A stretch of DNA of 64,000 nucleotides from Lingula anatina (taxonomy: Eukaryota; Animalia; Brachiopoda): assembly GCA_051362555.1 (NCBI GenBank), contig CM120640.1, positions 64,706,788 to 64,770,787 on the forward strand. Reading direction: 5' to 3'. Numbering within the stretch: the stretch's first letter is position 1; every line of letters begins with the position of its first letter. The notes beneath the pieces were generated by a model. That model was not told where the DNA came from. It did no database searches and saw only the letters and a program-made list of their open reading frames with translations. The position numbers and the translations under genes were made by a program. This document shows positions 27,725 to 41,500 of this stretch, piece by piece.

Positions 27725-28876
27725 ATGAAGCTTCTTAATAATTTGGTAAGTAATGTAGTAAGCATTCCAGATTTAAACCAAGTCATGAAGAAAGCATGTG
27801 ATCTGCCATAAGTTGAATGCCCATGTACTGATGTTTGATGGAGCCCATACCGGCGGTACCGGTGTAACGTGACAAAGAGTCTCCCATAATAGAGAGTCCT
27901 CTGCCTATTCTTTTGTAAAGGTAAGCCGCGCCCACTTACCCGTAGGTCAGGCTCACCCTAACTGTTATAACTAAATATAGGGGGGACTAAGTCGCTTTCT
28001 GTTATACTGACTCGCCGACGCTGTACCCGCCATTAGTTGTAGACTTGTGGGAACATGGGGTTAGTTTTGTTCTTTGGAATATTCTTTTCCTTTGGGTCTT
28101 AGCGTTCATTTAAAATAATAGATTTAATTATTGTTATTATTTATAAGTGCAATTTTTTTGTGACGTTCCAAGTATCATGCAAGTAAGTGTTTCTTTTTAT
28201 TACTTCTGTCAAGTTTTGATCGGAAATTGATTGTTGGGAAATGTTGATCATTTCGTATTTGGATGTCAGTTGCTATATACACAAGTGACCACATGGCAAC
28301 ACATAAACTATAGTTTGTTTTATATTACTTGGTATGTTGTGCATAGCTCTTGATCAGGTGAAAATTGAATTGTTGAAAAGTATCCTATCCCAGATTTTTT
28401 ATTTTTATTTTTATTTTATTTTATTTTGCAAAAAAAATAAGCATTTTTTACAACTCACTGCTCATTGCTTAACAAATCACTGCACTTGGATGCAGTGTTT
28501 TATACAATTTAAATAATTAAATAAATGATTTAAATAATTTAATAAATAATTTAACAATTAAATAAATAATTCATCAGTCCTAAATGACAGGCCAGTCAAT
28601 AAGGGCCCATGTATGGGACATTTTCTTCATCACAGATCAAGCACCCTATACTAGAATTTACAAGATGGCTTTCTTGTCACCTTTAATTTAATTTAATGTT
28701 GTGGTAACTATCTACCTATCTATATGACAGTTATGGGAATATGGTATATGTCAAGGCCCCTAGTAACAGTTTTGTTGCTTATTATATTACTTTTAAGAAC
28801 ATGAAACTTTTATACTTGAAGAGTCAATAAGATGTACTTGTAAAATGTTTTTAAAATGCAACTTATTTCATCCTTC

Positions 28877-28923
<47 letters not shown>

Positions 28924-31900
28924 CACATGACTGTCAAAATTTGCAGGGCCTGAGGCACCAGTATTGATATTCAGACCAGTGTTATGTAATGTGTATGTGT
29001 TGTAATGTATGAAAGGTATTGTAGAGTGGATCCATATTATTGATAAACATACACTGGTGCATTTTCAGCATGGGCATGGAATACGGCATACTTGTTATAT
29101 AACTTCAAGGTTTGGCTTTGTATGCTATACAAAAGACCTATGAGAGATCAATATGATTTGTTAATTGTGTGTTAACAGTGATCCTTGTGGCTATCAGATA
29201 CAGTGTACTAGTAGTCAGAGCTGTTTGGTCATTGCATTTTTCTAAACAGATGAAAAGCATACCATGTACTTCTTGATAAATGTCATTGTATTAATTTATG
29301 AATATAATGCACAATGTAATGTGTTTGATATGATATGATATCATATATTAATATGAGTGCAGTTGTTCACATGCAGTCTTATCTGTTCATATCAAGAGCA
29401 TTGTTTAACCACAGGTCCACAGCAGTTAGTAATCATAGACCCCATTCCCATAGATTTTAGATCGATCTATCTTTGTGGGGAGTCTCACTGGATTACTGTC
29501 AGCTTAGCCGGCTTAAGCGTCTGTCCTGCCTACTAAAAGCTGTAAGGGGGTAATTAACTATGGTGCACGCTCGGCTGACTGCAATTTAGCGTGAACCCCC
29601 AGGGAGTTAGGTCGGTCTAAATCTAAATCCCTGGATCGATCTAAATCTCTGGGAATGCACCCATAGTTCCCCTTGCAATAGCCTGTGTTGGTGCTTTGTT
29701 TTACTTAAATATTCTCATGTGGTTAAATCTCTTGCTTGAATTAAACATTAAAGATAGCCTGAGCCTCTCAGTTAAGTGTAAAATCAAGATTTGCGGGATT
29801 TAGAGCAGGGTGGGGTCAGAAGAAATGACAGAATAGCAAGAGCGGCATGACAAAGAATAAAAACTGACTGAATGCACTGGTTGAACTCTTCAGTTCTCCC
29901 AGTTAGGCCACACTTTTTTAATTTTATGGATGACATCCTGCGCGCGCACGGATTTTCGCCCGTTCTCCAAAAAAAAAAAAAAAAAAAAAAGCCCCCCCCC
30001 CAGCCCCCAACGAAGTTGGTTGTCGCAAACGTTGTTATTGAATTTGCAAGGAAATGAGCTTTCTGCGCATGCGTATTTTCGCCACGTGGAAATGCGGCCA
30101 CTTTGCTGTCAAATTCATCTCTAGGATTACTTTCAAATTACACAACAATAAAAGTCATAAAGAGAACGGGCGCCATCGTTTTGGACTGGTATGCCATTGA
30201 TATTGGGCATGGAGATATCACCTTTTTACAATTGTACGAAAGGCTGGCGGCGGCCGAAACATTTCTGTGACATTCTGTATAAAGCAGCACATTACCAGGT
30301 TTTCTGTAGCGAAAAAAGGGTCGACAAGGGCGTCGAGGTATTTGGTGGGCTGAAGGTCGGACAGGCCACCTGACAGTTTAGCTGCTTCGTGTGAGTTGAA
30401 GTTGACAAAATGGCATCGTCTGAAATGACCTTTAATAGATTTGGTAGTATTAAGCATATCTTTGCATCATTTTTTAAACATTTCTGTGAAGTGTTCAAAA
30501 TGTTTTAATATTCTGAGAATACAAATAAAGACACAGTGTTTGATTGATATTTGTTTTATTGATTGCTATACCAAATGAATGCATGAAATAACCTTAAATA
30601 GATTTGGTAATATGAAGTATATCAATTCATGACTTTTTTTACATTTCTACGAAGTATTCACAATGCTTTAATATTTTGAGAGCATGGATAAAGACATATT
30701 GTTAGTTTGATACGTGTTTCTGTGATTAAATTTGTGTTTCCAGCTGTGTACTGACAGCATTCCTTTACTTAAGCAGTTTTTTTTTTTTTTGGACTGTTTT
30801 TTTTTTTTTTCGCCCTCTCGCACCGATTTTGGGGTACTCAGAGGATGTCATCCATAAAAATAAAAAAGTGTGGCCTTAACAATAGTACATATTCACCATA
30901 TTTTAAGTGTCGCTTCAGTAATACTTTCTAAGATGACATTCCTAACACATAGAGTTTCAGTTTTATTGCTAGAAGATTAACCCTACATGCTGTATCTCGT
31001 ACACTTTCTACTCTCATATATGATGACATGCAGTGATCTCCATTGCAAGGTGTTTCAATGCTTTTTCTTTCAAAATATTTGTGCTGTATTGCCTGAGAAT
31101 ATAATCTTACAAAGCTGTATCAAAGGGAGGAGTGCGGAAAGGGTTGCAAAAAAGGAAATGAAAGAAAAGACCAATGATAGTGCACCTTCATAAAAATAAA
31201 CTATTTGGTAATAATGTAAAAGCATCTGAAGTTATGTACTTTTTCTCTTGGGCATTTTAGGAAGAATTTAAGGCAGCAGTGGCTGCAACAAGCAACGGGA
31301 AGATTCTTGTCATTGACTTCTATGCGGAATGGTGTGGCCCTTGCAAAAAAATAGCTCCCTATCTGGAGGTAATTTTTTTATATGTTTTGTATTTTTATAC
31401 AAGCACAAATACAAACATAATACAGACTTACATGGCATAAACAACCTATTCTGATGGCTCATTACATGCCACAAAAGAATGACTGATAGATCAATGACTT
31501 ACTAGTATCTGATTTAAATATTTAAACTGTATGTTGAATGTATATACCATTCTACAGTCCCTTGTCCTGTTTGTCTTGAAATCTGTGAGCCCACCCCTAT
31601 ATTTTTTAAAGAATAAAATTTAAGAAAAGAAAAAAACCAAAGATTGACACATTTTGGCATGATCAGGAAAATAGGTACTCTTTGAAGATTGACCCTCATT
31701 TGACATTTTTGCACTTGGAGTGAGGGGCTAACATGTTGGGGAGAATTATATTTTGATGCAGTCAGACAAAGCAATGTTTGGAAATTAACACAATTTACAA
31801 TTTCAGAAGCTTGCAAAGGAATATGAAGCGAAAGCAGATGTCTATAAAGTCAATGTGGATGATGCTGATGTGAGTATAACCTATGCAGATGTGTATTTAT

Positions 31901-33210
31901 CCTGAGTTTTACTGATCAGTCAATATACAGATTCTGTTCTTGAAAGTGAAATCATTGATGAGTGAAAAATGTTTGCTTAATTGAATTTAAGTAATCCTTT
32001 GAAATGTGCTTTGTTTTTGTAATCTTTCACATGATTTAAGAAAAATAATGAATTTTTTTTGTAAAATAAAACATTCTGATCATTGCAGGATATTGCAGCA
32101 CATTGCAAGATCAGTGCAATGCCCACATTCCATGTTTACAAGAATGGAAAAGAGGAAAAGGTAAGAAATGAGAGACACAACAGGAAAGACATTTATATGG
32201 ACAGACGTGTCTGGGCATGTAGCCATTACCTGTCTGTTGTTGCCATAAGCAACTGTGCAATTTCTTCCTTAACACCATGAAATGAAAAATGAAAAACTTG
32301 TTATTCTCAAACTTACAAAAATGATTTTTAGGACTGAAATGCAGCTCGAGTTGAAACAAGCCTATTTGGATTTGTGTCTTGAAATTATGAGTTTTCTTGA
32401 ATTTTTTTAACTCCCATGGGTGTGACATCCTATATGTTACACTGGGTTCCCATACTTAGATCGATCCATGTGGATCGACCTTACTCCCTGGGGGTTCATG
32501 CTAAATTGCTATCAGCTCAAGAGGCTTTAATGTCTGTCACACTTACCGAATTAGCTAGGGGTAAAGATAATTACCCTCTAACAGTTTTACTAGGCGTGAC
32601 GACGTTTAAGCCTGTTAGTTTGATAGTAATCTAGTGAGACTCCCCGGGGAGATAGATCAATCCAAATATCTGTGGGAATGGTCCCTAAGAGTCATTCACA
32701 GAATATCCACAGTAACTTTAGTGCTATAAATTAAAAATTGGTGATGATGGTGTTAAGCATTATGTAATATTGGCTCAAAATTAGTACAACATTTTGTGCG
32801 CTAATTGCAAACACCGTAAAAGAAAAACTCAGTTACTAATTATTCTCAGAATAATCATAAATAATTTAATAAGATTGAAACACAGCTAAAGTTAAATAAA
32901 AATAAGCCTGATGTTTATTTATTTATTTTTTGGGGTTTGTTTCTTTTTTTTTTAAATTTTGAATTTTTAAAAATTTTTAGTATCATAATTTTTCTCTATT
33001 TAAAGAAATTTTCACTTTTCAAAAAGTGGTATTTTCCAAATGTGTCTTCCCAGATGTGATTTCTGATGCCCAATTCTGTACATGTATTGTTCAGGATCTT
33101 TTGTTTCAAAACGTATAAACTAACAATTACCTTAACCCTCTTTTCAGGCATGTGAACTTGTTGGAGCATCAGAGGAAAAGCTGAAGGGATTATTTAAAGA
33201 CAATTGCTAA
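27725..33210 (+). CDS. TXN: Thioredoxin (cytosolic type, 108 aa)
   Basis: Five phase-0 exons: 27725-27745, 31261-31368, 31807-31869, 32089-32160, 33148-33210(TAA). Translation [108 protein letters not shown] contains the WCGPC active site and the cis-Pro MPTF motif. Confidence 0.95.
28878..28920. repeat. (CA)n microsatellite
   Basis: Directly visible. Confidence 0.95.
29438..29662. mobile_element. MITE (Harbinger-like), copy A, thioredoxin intron 1
   Basis: Inverted ends CATTCCCATAGATTTTAGATCGATC / GATCGATCTAAATCTCTGGGAATG. The internal sequence is homologous to the reverse complement of 32444-32685. Confidence 0.7.
29906..30875. mobile_element. Non-autonomous DNA transposon in thioredoxin intron 1
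   Basis: About 34-bp TIRs GGCCACACTTTTTTAATTTTATGGATGACATCCT / AGGATGTCATCCATAAAAATAAAAAAGTGTGGCC, with TTA on both sides. Contains an internal degenerate tandem duplication of about 160 bp (about 30425-30730). Confidence 0.8.
32444..32685. mobile_element. MITE (Harbinger-like), copy B, thioredoxin intron 4, inverted relative to copy A
   Basis: Its reverse complement shares GGGGAGTCTCACT.GATTACT.TCA, GCAATTTAGC.TGAACCCCCAGGGAGT and GATCGATCTAA with 29438-29662. Confidence 0.7.
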
Positions 33211-34074
33211 TATTCAGAATGTTTTACTTATTATTATTCTTACAGTTTGTCTAGTCCAGGAAACAAGCACAATTTAAATAAATGATAATGTACAAAGCAA
33301 AAGCTGCTATAAATTGAAACATATTTTACTAAGTGCATCATGCTTAAGGTGTGTCTTTCTAATAATTTAGATAAACATTAGAGATATGATAAGGTTTGGG
33401 CACCTTACAGTTCTTAAAAAAATTGTGTTTTTAATTGTTCATTAGTTTAACAACCTTGATTCTTGACGGACAAAATACAGCACACACTAGCTGCTGACCT
33501 TGAGCACTTTGGATTTCCTTCTCTACAATGTCATATTAAGTCAGATTTCTCTCTCAATTGCCTTTATCAGTTGTACAAGAGTTTTGTTGGTCAGCCTTCT
33601 TTATGGTGTTTGCCATTGTTAAATTTTTGTATACAACCCAGGGACTAAATAATTTTTTATGTGATGTAACATTTTTTTCTATGCACCAAAAATAAAAGCA
33701 CATGCTCTGAAATGTTGTGTATTCAATTTGTGTTTTAACAATGAAAAACAATAACTCAATATTATAATCAGTGAAAAAAAGTTCTCTATTCTAGTTTTTT
33801 AATACTATCAAGTTATCCCTTGTTGTTCTTAATAACCTTGTGTTTTGTGATGCAAGCTTATCTCCTGATCTTGTGATGTTGAACAGGAGTGAAATGGGAA
33901 GTATCATGCTATTGCTATACTAAAAAACCTACCATTTAAAGTTCTTAACGTTTGGAATTGCGACCAAGAATATATTATGTGTAACTTTTATGACAGACAT
34001 TGATAGTAAGTGATATGTTGTGCAAATTGGTTTGAGATTATTTTCAGAAAAATTTAAAGACTTAAAAAATCTAA

Positions 34075-34631
34075 GAGCGCATTCTCAACGAATTAAGCCA
34101 GGCTTTACAAAGCCGGTGACCTAAAAATGGCGGGCGTACATGAAAGAAAAACCGCCTAATCTTTTAATAGTCTCTCCGCCTTTCACACGCCTCCCCACAC
34201 GTCATCCCTGCGGGGTACAGTAATTAAATCTCAGTTCCGAACATAAATATTTCCGTGAATATCTCTGGTGATATTATCTCCGTAGATAGTCAATTCATTG
34301 CTGCTCTACGGGCCAAATTATTCCTCTTTCGTCTCTGTTTTCAAAGATAATAGAACAGAAGAGCTTTTTTCCTTCGATCGCCTTCAGCGGCCATGCTTTC
34401 TTCACCACGAGTTTAACTGATGAGCATGCGCACTTAATATTTCTCAGGTAGCTTCCGCATGGCGAACGGAGACGCGATTTAATTACTGTACCCCACAGGG
34501 ACGACGTGTGGGGAGGCGTGTGAGAGGCGGAGAGACTATTAAAAGATTAGGCGGTTTTTCTTTCATGTACGTCCGCCATTTTTAGGTCACCGGCTTTGTA
34601 AAGCCTGGCTTAATTCGTTGAGAATGCGCTC
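34075..34631. mobile_element. MITE with about 155-bp near-perfect terminal inverted repeats, PIF/Harbinger (Tourist)-like
   Basis: GAGCGCATTCTCAACGAATTAAGCCAGGC...TAATTAAATC (34075-34230) is mirrored by 34476-34631 with few mismatches. TAA flanks both ends (34072-34074, 34632-34634). Confidence 0.9.
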
Positions 34632-34842
34632 TAAAACCTATTATAGTAAGTTTTCAGGTAAAGTATGGGTGTCCTTTTTTTTCTTTTTTCCATAGTTCAT
34701 AAGAAAAGGACTGTGATGTCAAATAATGGGAGAAGGTAAATGGTTGCGAAAGAATGGCTTATTTTACACTGTATCAAGTTCTACCTTTAAGTCAAATTAC
34801 ATAAATGAATACGAGGTACACTTTTTGGATTTGAAAATGTTA

Positions 34843-35025
34843 GGCCGCATTCAGAACAGCGAACTAACTAACTAACTAACTAACATGGTGACCAACGTAA
34901 AAGCTTCTTGTCTAATTCCCTAATAGATGCTTAATAGATTCCCTGTGGGAATTATGCACAAACAATGAAGTGGGTTGGCCATATTTGATTCATGGTATAG
35001 ATATTCTGCAGTTTTGAATGCAGCT
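34843..35025. mobile_element. Decayed short MITE (Harbinger-like)
   Basis: Imperfect TIRs GGCCGCATTCAGAAC / GTTTTGAATGCAGCT, with internal (AACT)n. Confidence 0.5.
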
Positions 35026-36249
35026 ATAGAGGGGACCTTTAAAGATTCACATAAAGCGAGCGTGGATTTCCAGTAACACAAACTACTTGTGCTAGTTTCT
35101 TATACCACTAAGATAAAGTCGACATACTGAATCACTAAGCAAATTTAATTCTTGCTCAGTCAAAATTAGCTTTAAAACTGCACCTTCTTTAAATTTGTTC
35201 ATAAATTGACCTCTTTATCTGGCCCTTCTTTTCATAAATGTCTTCTAAATGACATAGTACTGAGTGCATATTGCATAATCATCACTCTAACTCCCATGTA
35301 TGAATGTATAGCTGAGAGCCCAATTGTATACTTATTCAATAAGGCTACTGAGGAATATTCAAAGTATAGAAAAAAAGACATTCATATATCCTTTTTCACA
35401 GAAATGTGAAACAATGCCCTACGGTATTTCTTTAAGTTGTGCCATTTGAAACCCAAAACAGACCTTTTTTATTCTTTAAAATGCACTGGTACATATGCAC
35501 AAGGATGGACTAGTATGGTATCACAACGGTTGTATTGACATTTTGTGGTATCAAAATTATATCGAGATCAAAAGTACAAATGTGGTAGATATATTTATCA
35601 CAATAAGCCAAACAGTGGTGACGTGTATGTAGTTTGTTTTATGTAAAAAAACAGTAAACCACAGCTCTGATAATAAATACTACTCGGCTGTTTCACAATC
35701 AGGCTGAACAATTAAATGTGGTTAATGTTACAAGTGTCTGCTAAATTTACAATTTATGATTGGAGATTGCTGTTAGACTGATATCAAAGACACTGTTCAT
35801 AGGAGCAGAATAAAAAAAGAATTATAATAATTGGACTACAATTTACAAAAATATGGCCAATTATGTGTCCAAAAAGTACCTATTTCTAGCTGGGTCATTT
35901 GCAACTTGGGTCATAAATATGATGCACTAGCTCTTTATGTCAATGATTTATGGTGAATATGATATTGGTATATAATTCCCACAACATGTGTCTTCTCTTC
36001 TAGCAGATTCTTCCAAAGATATGTTCTGAGTAAAAATTTATTGTAACCATTTTGCTGCAACAGGCTTTTGTACACATTTTACTTATTTTTGTTAATGCAA
36101 TGAAAAACATATTTGATAAGGCCAAATATTACTTTGAAATCACCTACGTGATAATAAGATGAATTTACCATGTTATTATTTAAACATAAGAAAGGAGTTG
36201 TGCATGTGTAACCATTATTATTATTAATGCTATGGTATTTATAATCATG

Positions 36250-37710
36250 AGCCCCTTGGTGTCTCCTACTTTTTGTAGTGTCCGTACCCCCCTATCTATT
36301 TTATTTAGGAATCACAGCATATTCTATCTGATTTTATTATTCTATAATGTCTACACTGACAATTATTTTGCAGGAAGAAAATAGCACATAACCCCTTATT
36401 ATGAAAAGATATGCACAAATTTGGTGCCAAATGTAGTGTCTGTACCCCTACTGTAGTGTCCGTACCCCCAATTTATACATTAACCATTAGATAACTGGCT
36501 ACATATCGATAATGATAAAACTTCAAAATATGATGCAAAATATTGTTTAAGACTATATATAATGCATTCTTGTCTTATGATGTTTAGAAAAAACATTGTA
36601 TATAAATATATATATTCGATAAAGTGATACTGATTAATTCGAGTTAGGCAAGAGATTTTGCAAAGAAATAATATCAGTAAAGATGCTACTCTTTGCATCC
36701 AAAATGAACAATATTGGTTTGAATATATTGCCAAATATAGCTAATTGCAAAATAATAAATTGTTTATGGATTAATATTCTGTGGATTAATGTATATGATA
36801 TATTTTGAGGGGTACGAACACTTCAATACATGAATAATTAACAGTACATTTATTATACTCTCAGTGAATGAAGTATCAAATATGGATGGCAATAAACCAA
36901 AAGCCAAACAGGAAAAGAAAAAGGGATCCTGAATATTTTACTGTCAGCAAAAAATAATTTAGAAAAAAAAGACGTCAAAGAGCTTATACCCGTAAAGATG
37001 CTAATAATCTTGCTGAAGCACGTAAGGAAGACGTTGAATGCATGTAACATAGCATAGAAGCAAAAAAAAAAAGAAGACTAAAGTAAAGAGAAGAAATTAG
37101 GACATACTGACAGAGAGTTAAGGAGAAGCAGAAACCCAACAATCTTGATAACAGTAGAACAAGAGGTGCAAATTAACGAGAGATGAAAAAGAAGAAAAGA
37201 CTCCAAAAACAGGAATCAAGACTGAAACAAAAAAAATGAATAGATAAAAAAGGTCAAACAACAGAAAGAAAAGTTAAAATTAAAGTCTGGTGAATGAAAG
37301 TCACACTGAATGACACACAACCAAGCTCCAGCATCCACTGAAAAACCGTGCTGTGGTGTTTCTCCAAAAAACTCTTTGATTAATACATGTACTTGTATTC
37401 TTTTGGTTAAAGTACTGCTGTTATATCTTTAGTTTGTCATTTTTTAGATTTTTGGCAAAAATAACCGGTAAACAATATGATATTTCAGTTACAAAAGCAT
37501 CAGTTACTTGAATGTGTAGTGTCCGTACCCCCAGATCATAGTCTAAGAGGCGTTCTGTTAAATTGAGCGTAGCACAAAAAGTAATTAATCTTGTGCTCTA
37601 AAAATTGTAGATATCATAGTTAAGATGTAATTCTTTTTATCTGTTACAAAATTAAACAAATGCATCAGAGTTCATTTTTCTCTCAAAGTGACCCCTACTT
37701 TGTACCCCTG
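36250..37710. mobile_element. Decayed DNA-transposon-like relic with repeated GTAGTGTCCGTACCCC motifs
   Basis: The motif occurs near 36275, 36433, 36453 and 37516, and inverted near 36808. An internal purine-rich stretch (36900-37290) looks like a broken Lys/Arg-rich ORF. Boundaries are approximate. Confidence 0.45.
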
Positions 37711-37719
37711 ATCGTGAAA

Positions 37720-37832
37720 CAGCTGTACTGCAAAACATATGGCAGGTGTACCTTCCTTTTGCATAGCAACAGGCCAGAGCCGACGGGGAACTTGTAAACA
37801 TGATTTTAAACCTTGACAATTCCGGGTACCAT
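37720..37832 (-). repeat. Interspersed repeat, copy 1 (inverted copy at 44416-44520)
   Basis: Its reverse complement matches GTACCCGG.ATT.GTCAAG.TTTA..AT.ATGTTTACAAGT.CCC.GTCGGCTCTGGC.TGTTGCTATGCAAAAGGAA..TACACCTGCC.TATGTTTTGC.GTA. Confidence 0.75.
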
Positions 37833-38525
37833 GCACGGTTGCTAATAAAAGAATTTCTCCAAGATATGCTGTTTGAATCCCAAACAGACTTTTTTTATTC
37901 TTCAAAATGCACCCCCCCCCCACCCCACCCCATTTGGTGGGGTGAGGTGAACTTCTCCAAAACACAGGCTAATATACAAAACAAATTAATAACTATTGAT
38001 AAAATAACATGATTGTGTCTTTTTGAAAAGAACTTCCCTTTTTTCCAAACAAAAGCTTCTCAGTAAATAGGAAAAACAGAAACATAGTTTAGCATATAAG
38101 GTGACCAACAGATGTATCAGACATCAGTGCCTTCTACACAAAAAGATGTCTATATTTGTGAAGTTATTTCAAGTTTGGAATTCATAAAAATGGAAATTGT
38201 TAAATCCAAGAAAGATAGATATTGCAGCTATTAATTTCTTTTTGATTTTGTAAGAAAAATCGATACATATAATTGTCCCAAAAATAATTCAAAATGTCTT
38301 TTGGTCCAGTTGAATTGAAACAAAAGTTATCAGGTCCATTCCTTTATTCAAGAGAAATATGTCACTGATAAATTGTGATGTCTTCCCTTTACAAAGAAAA
38401 GACACAAAGCAAGATTTTGCCACAGACAAGAGTTCTGTTCCCTTAGCATTATCATAAAATGACACCATAGAATGCATATATCAATTTGTAATGCAAGGTG
38501 AGTCAGTATTATAATAATCAGTGTG

Positions 38526-41500
38526 CTAGGTTTGCTCTGGTGTTTCTGTCTCCTCTTCCCCTGGAAATGGAGGATGTTCCAGAACCGAATCAATAAGGCC
38601 ATATTGTTTAGCTTCTGAAGGACTCATATACGTGTCCCTTTCCACCAAAGGTTCTGCAAATCAACATCAAATAAATTCTCATATAAATGTTGGACAAAAT
38701 GAGGTGATATCAATAAAGTTTGCTGAAATGATATTAATAAAGTTGGCTTAAGTCAAATATTTGTACCAATGTTTGTAACAAACTGTCATATTATAGTTTT
38801 TATAATATTGTTAACAATACATTTTTGTATTAGAATAAAATGTCACCAGTAATATTTTAAGGGATAAACTTAGAAAACAGTATACCTTTTGAATTATGAG
38901 AAATGCATGATTTAAAAACGTATGTACAAAGTTTTTCAGATTCATCTCACAAAAAGCCAGCTAAAGCTGACAAATGTACTGACAACTTATTATGTTGAAA
39001 TTTTAAATGTTAAACTCCTTGAAAGAATTTTCCCCTTTTTTATATTCAAGGAAGAATCTGATTATGTCCAATTTCAAATGTATTAGCATTTTTTGCACTT
39101 CAGTAAGCCCTGCTGGTTAACTCATGCAGAGTTGCCATTTGAATGATACAGAGTCCACAAGGCCTAAAATATATTGGTGATGGTATGTTCTTGTGAAAAT
39201 GTTGTTGGATATATTCTCAATTAGTACTGAATTTTTTATGTCTATGTCTATATTTAGCCTGGCTAGCTTAACTGGCTATCAGCTGAAATATTTTATAGCC
39301 AGCTTATTCTTGGTGGGCTAAGAGATTTGAGCCCAGACAATGACTTTAGATTTTTCATGAAGCAAAGGATAGTTTGGAACTACTTATAAACCTGCACTTT
39401 AAAAAAATAAATAATCACTGTGAGTTTAAAACAAAAGGGCAAAATTACTACTTATTTGTTGCTGCTACACGAAATGTGCACTGCTCTGGCTCAAGCTCCA
39501 GAGACCTGGATGGACATAGGTAATTGTAATATGTTCAGCCACTTCTGTGTCTGTACATTAAAAATAAAATATTAGAAAGAGGAAGAGCATATCCAAATGA
39601 ACAACTGACCTAGCTCTTCAAGTTTTAAATTTGTGTGCCTGGCATATATGTTGTTTAGCTGAGACTTGATCTTTATTATTTCTCTAGCCTGAATCTGTAT
39701 GTCTGTAGCTTGCCCCTGAAAGAGTACAAAGAAAAATATCTAACAATGAAAGAGTATTCACTATCAGCATTTATATAATAAATAATAACTGAAAATTAAA
39801 TGCTATCAGCAAAATATAGGTATCTTAAGGAATTACAGGGAGATTAATGTCGTGGTAAGAGCCATTCAAGAACCTTAAAAGCCTCATTCCTACTTCTTGA
39901 CTGGCAATTCACATTGGTCTCCCATCACAATGTTTCTAAATCTGCAGTCAACCTTACCAGTGCTGAACCATGTGGCTGATGTATCATGATTCTTGAATTT
40001 GGCAATGCGTGTCTCATGCCAGCCGTTCCAGCACAGAGTAATAAGGATGCTGCACTGCAGGCCTGTCCTACACACCAGGTGGCTATAGGAGGCTCTATGT
40101 ACTGCATTGTGTCATATATTGCTAATCCAGATGTAACAGCTCCACCTGTGTTAAAACAATTAATAAATTATCATTTGCTAGTTAAAATAGGAAACTAACT
40201 AGACAGCAAGACTGGCACAAATAGACATCCAATAGTATTATGCAAACTATACAGGATAACATATTTTTTAAAGAAAGTTTCCTGTATATCACTAAGTCAA
40301 AGAATTATTTATCTGCATATGAAAAAGAAACGCAGCCAAAGCTGACATACATACAGAAAACCTATCAGTTTAAACATGAAATGTCACAGCACACAAAAGT
40401 CTTGCCTCTGAGAGTCCAGCCCCAGGCATCTACTTTAAATACTGGGTCAAAATTAACAGAATAAATAAATAAATAAATAGATAAATAGTTATGAATAACA
40501 AGCCCAAAAAATTCAGAAAATATATAGAAAACCACTCAGAGAATGCTGAACTCTGCCAAAGGAACTCAATTCTCATTAGTTATTAATTATTCGTACACAG
40601 TCAATTTTTTCAAATGATCTTTATCATTAATTCTCATTAGTGATATATTGTACAGCTGATTTTCAAATTAATTTAATCATTAGTTATTTTTCTAAAACAA
40701 ACACTATGCTGTCCTAACATCGGACATATTGTAAATCACTTATTTATCTGAATTCCATTGAACAAAAATGTTTAAATACATAATTTTACCTGGACTATTT
40801 ATATACATATGGACTGGCTTTTTCCTGCTTTCTGACTGTAGGTATAATAACTGTGCTACAACTATACTAGCAACTCCATCATGAATCTGAAACAACAACA
40901 ACAGAATAGGAATGAATTAAATGTTCACTTTTAATAACATTGCAATTTAACAACTCTCTCACTGTGTAACATTTCTCTCCACACATCCATTTTTGATTGT
41001 TAAAGGGATAATAACTCTTCATATGAGATCTACATTTCACAATAAAAACATTGTAAACAACTTACAGAAATATAATATATTCTGTTTTACCACAAAACTG
41101 CAGTTATAGCTTCTATTCTGATATCCGAGCTTGTCATTGGACAACATGACCTCCACAGATGGCTATACTCTAATAATCTCTTAAGAACAAACTTTTTAGT
41201 AAAAAACCAGGGACTAACTTTGAATGTAAAAATGGATTCATTAACCATTGGTAAGTATGGGAAAATTGTTGTTTACTTCAGAAAAATTAATTTTTTAGCC
41301 AAATGAACAGTTATTATCCCTTTAACCTTTGCAATTTAATCAAATCTTACAATTAAAACATGTAATTCAATCTATCAATTCTAAGGTACATGTAGGTTGC
41401 TTTTCAAATTAATTTTATTTATATTTTATCAATAATATTTCAAACATAAAATTATACCTACAGGGCCCATGACGCATATAATTCTATCCTTCAGCAACCT

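Noticed and set aside
33200-33300. Possible selenocysteine extension at the thioredoxin C-terminal Cys
   Set aside because: The stop is TAA, not TGA, and no SECIS was recognised.
36270-36475. Recurrent GTAGTGTCCGTACCCC motif as a CRISPR-like array
   Set aside because: Irregular spacing, an inverted copy, eukaryotic context and no cas genes; better explained as transposon subterminal repeats.
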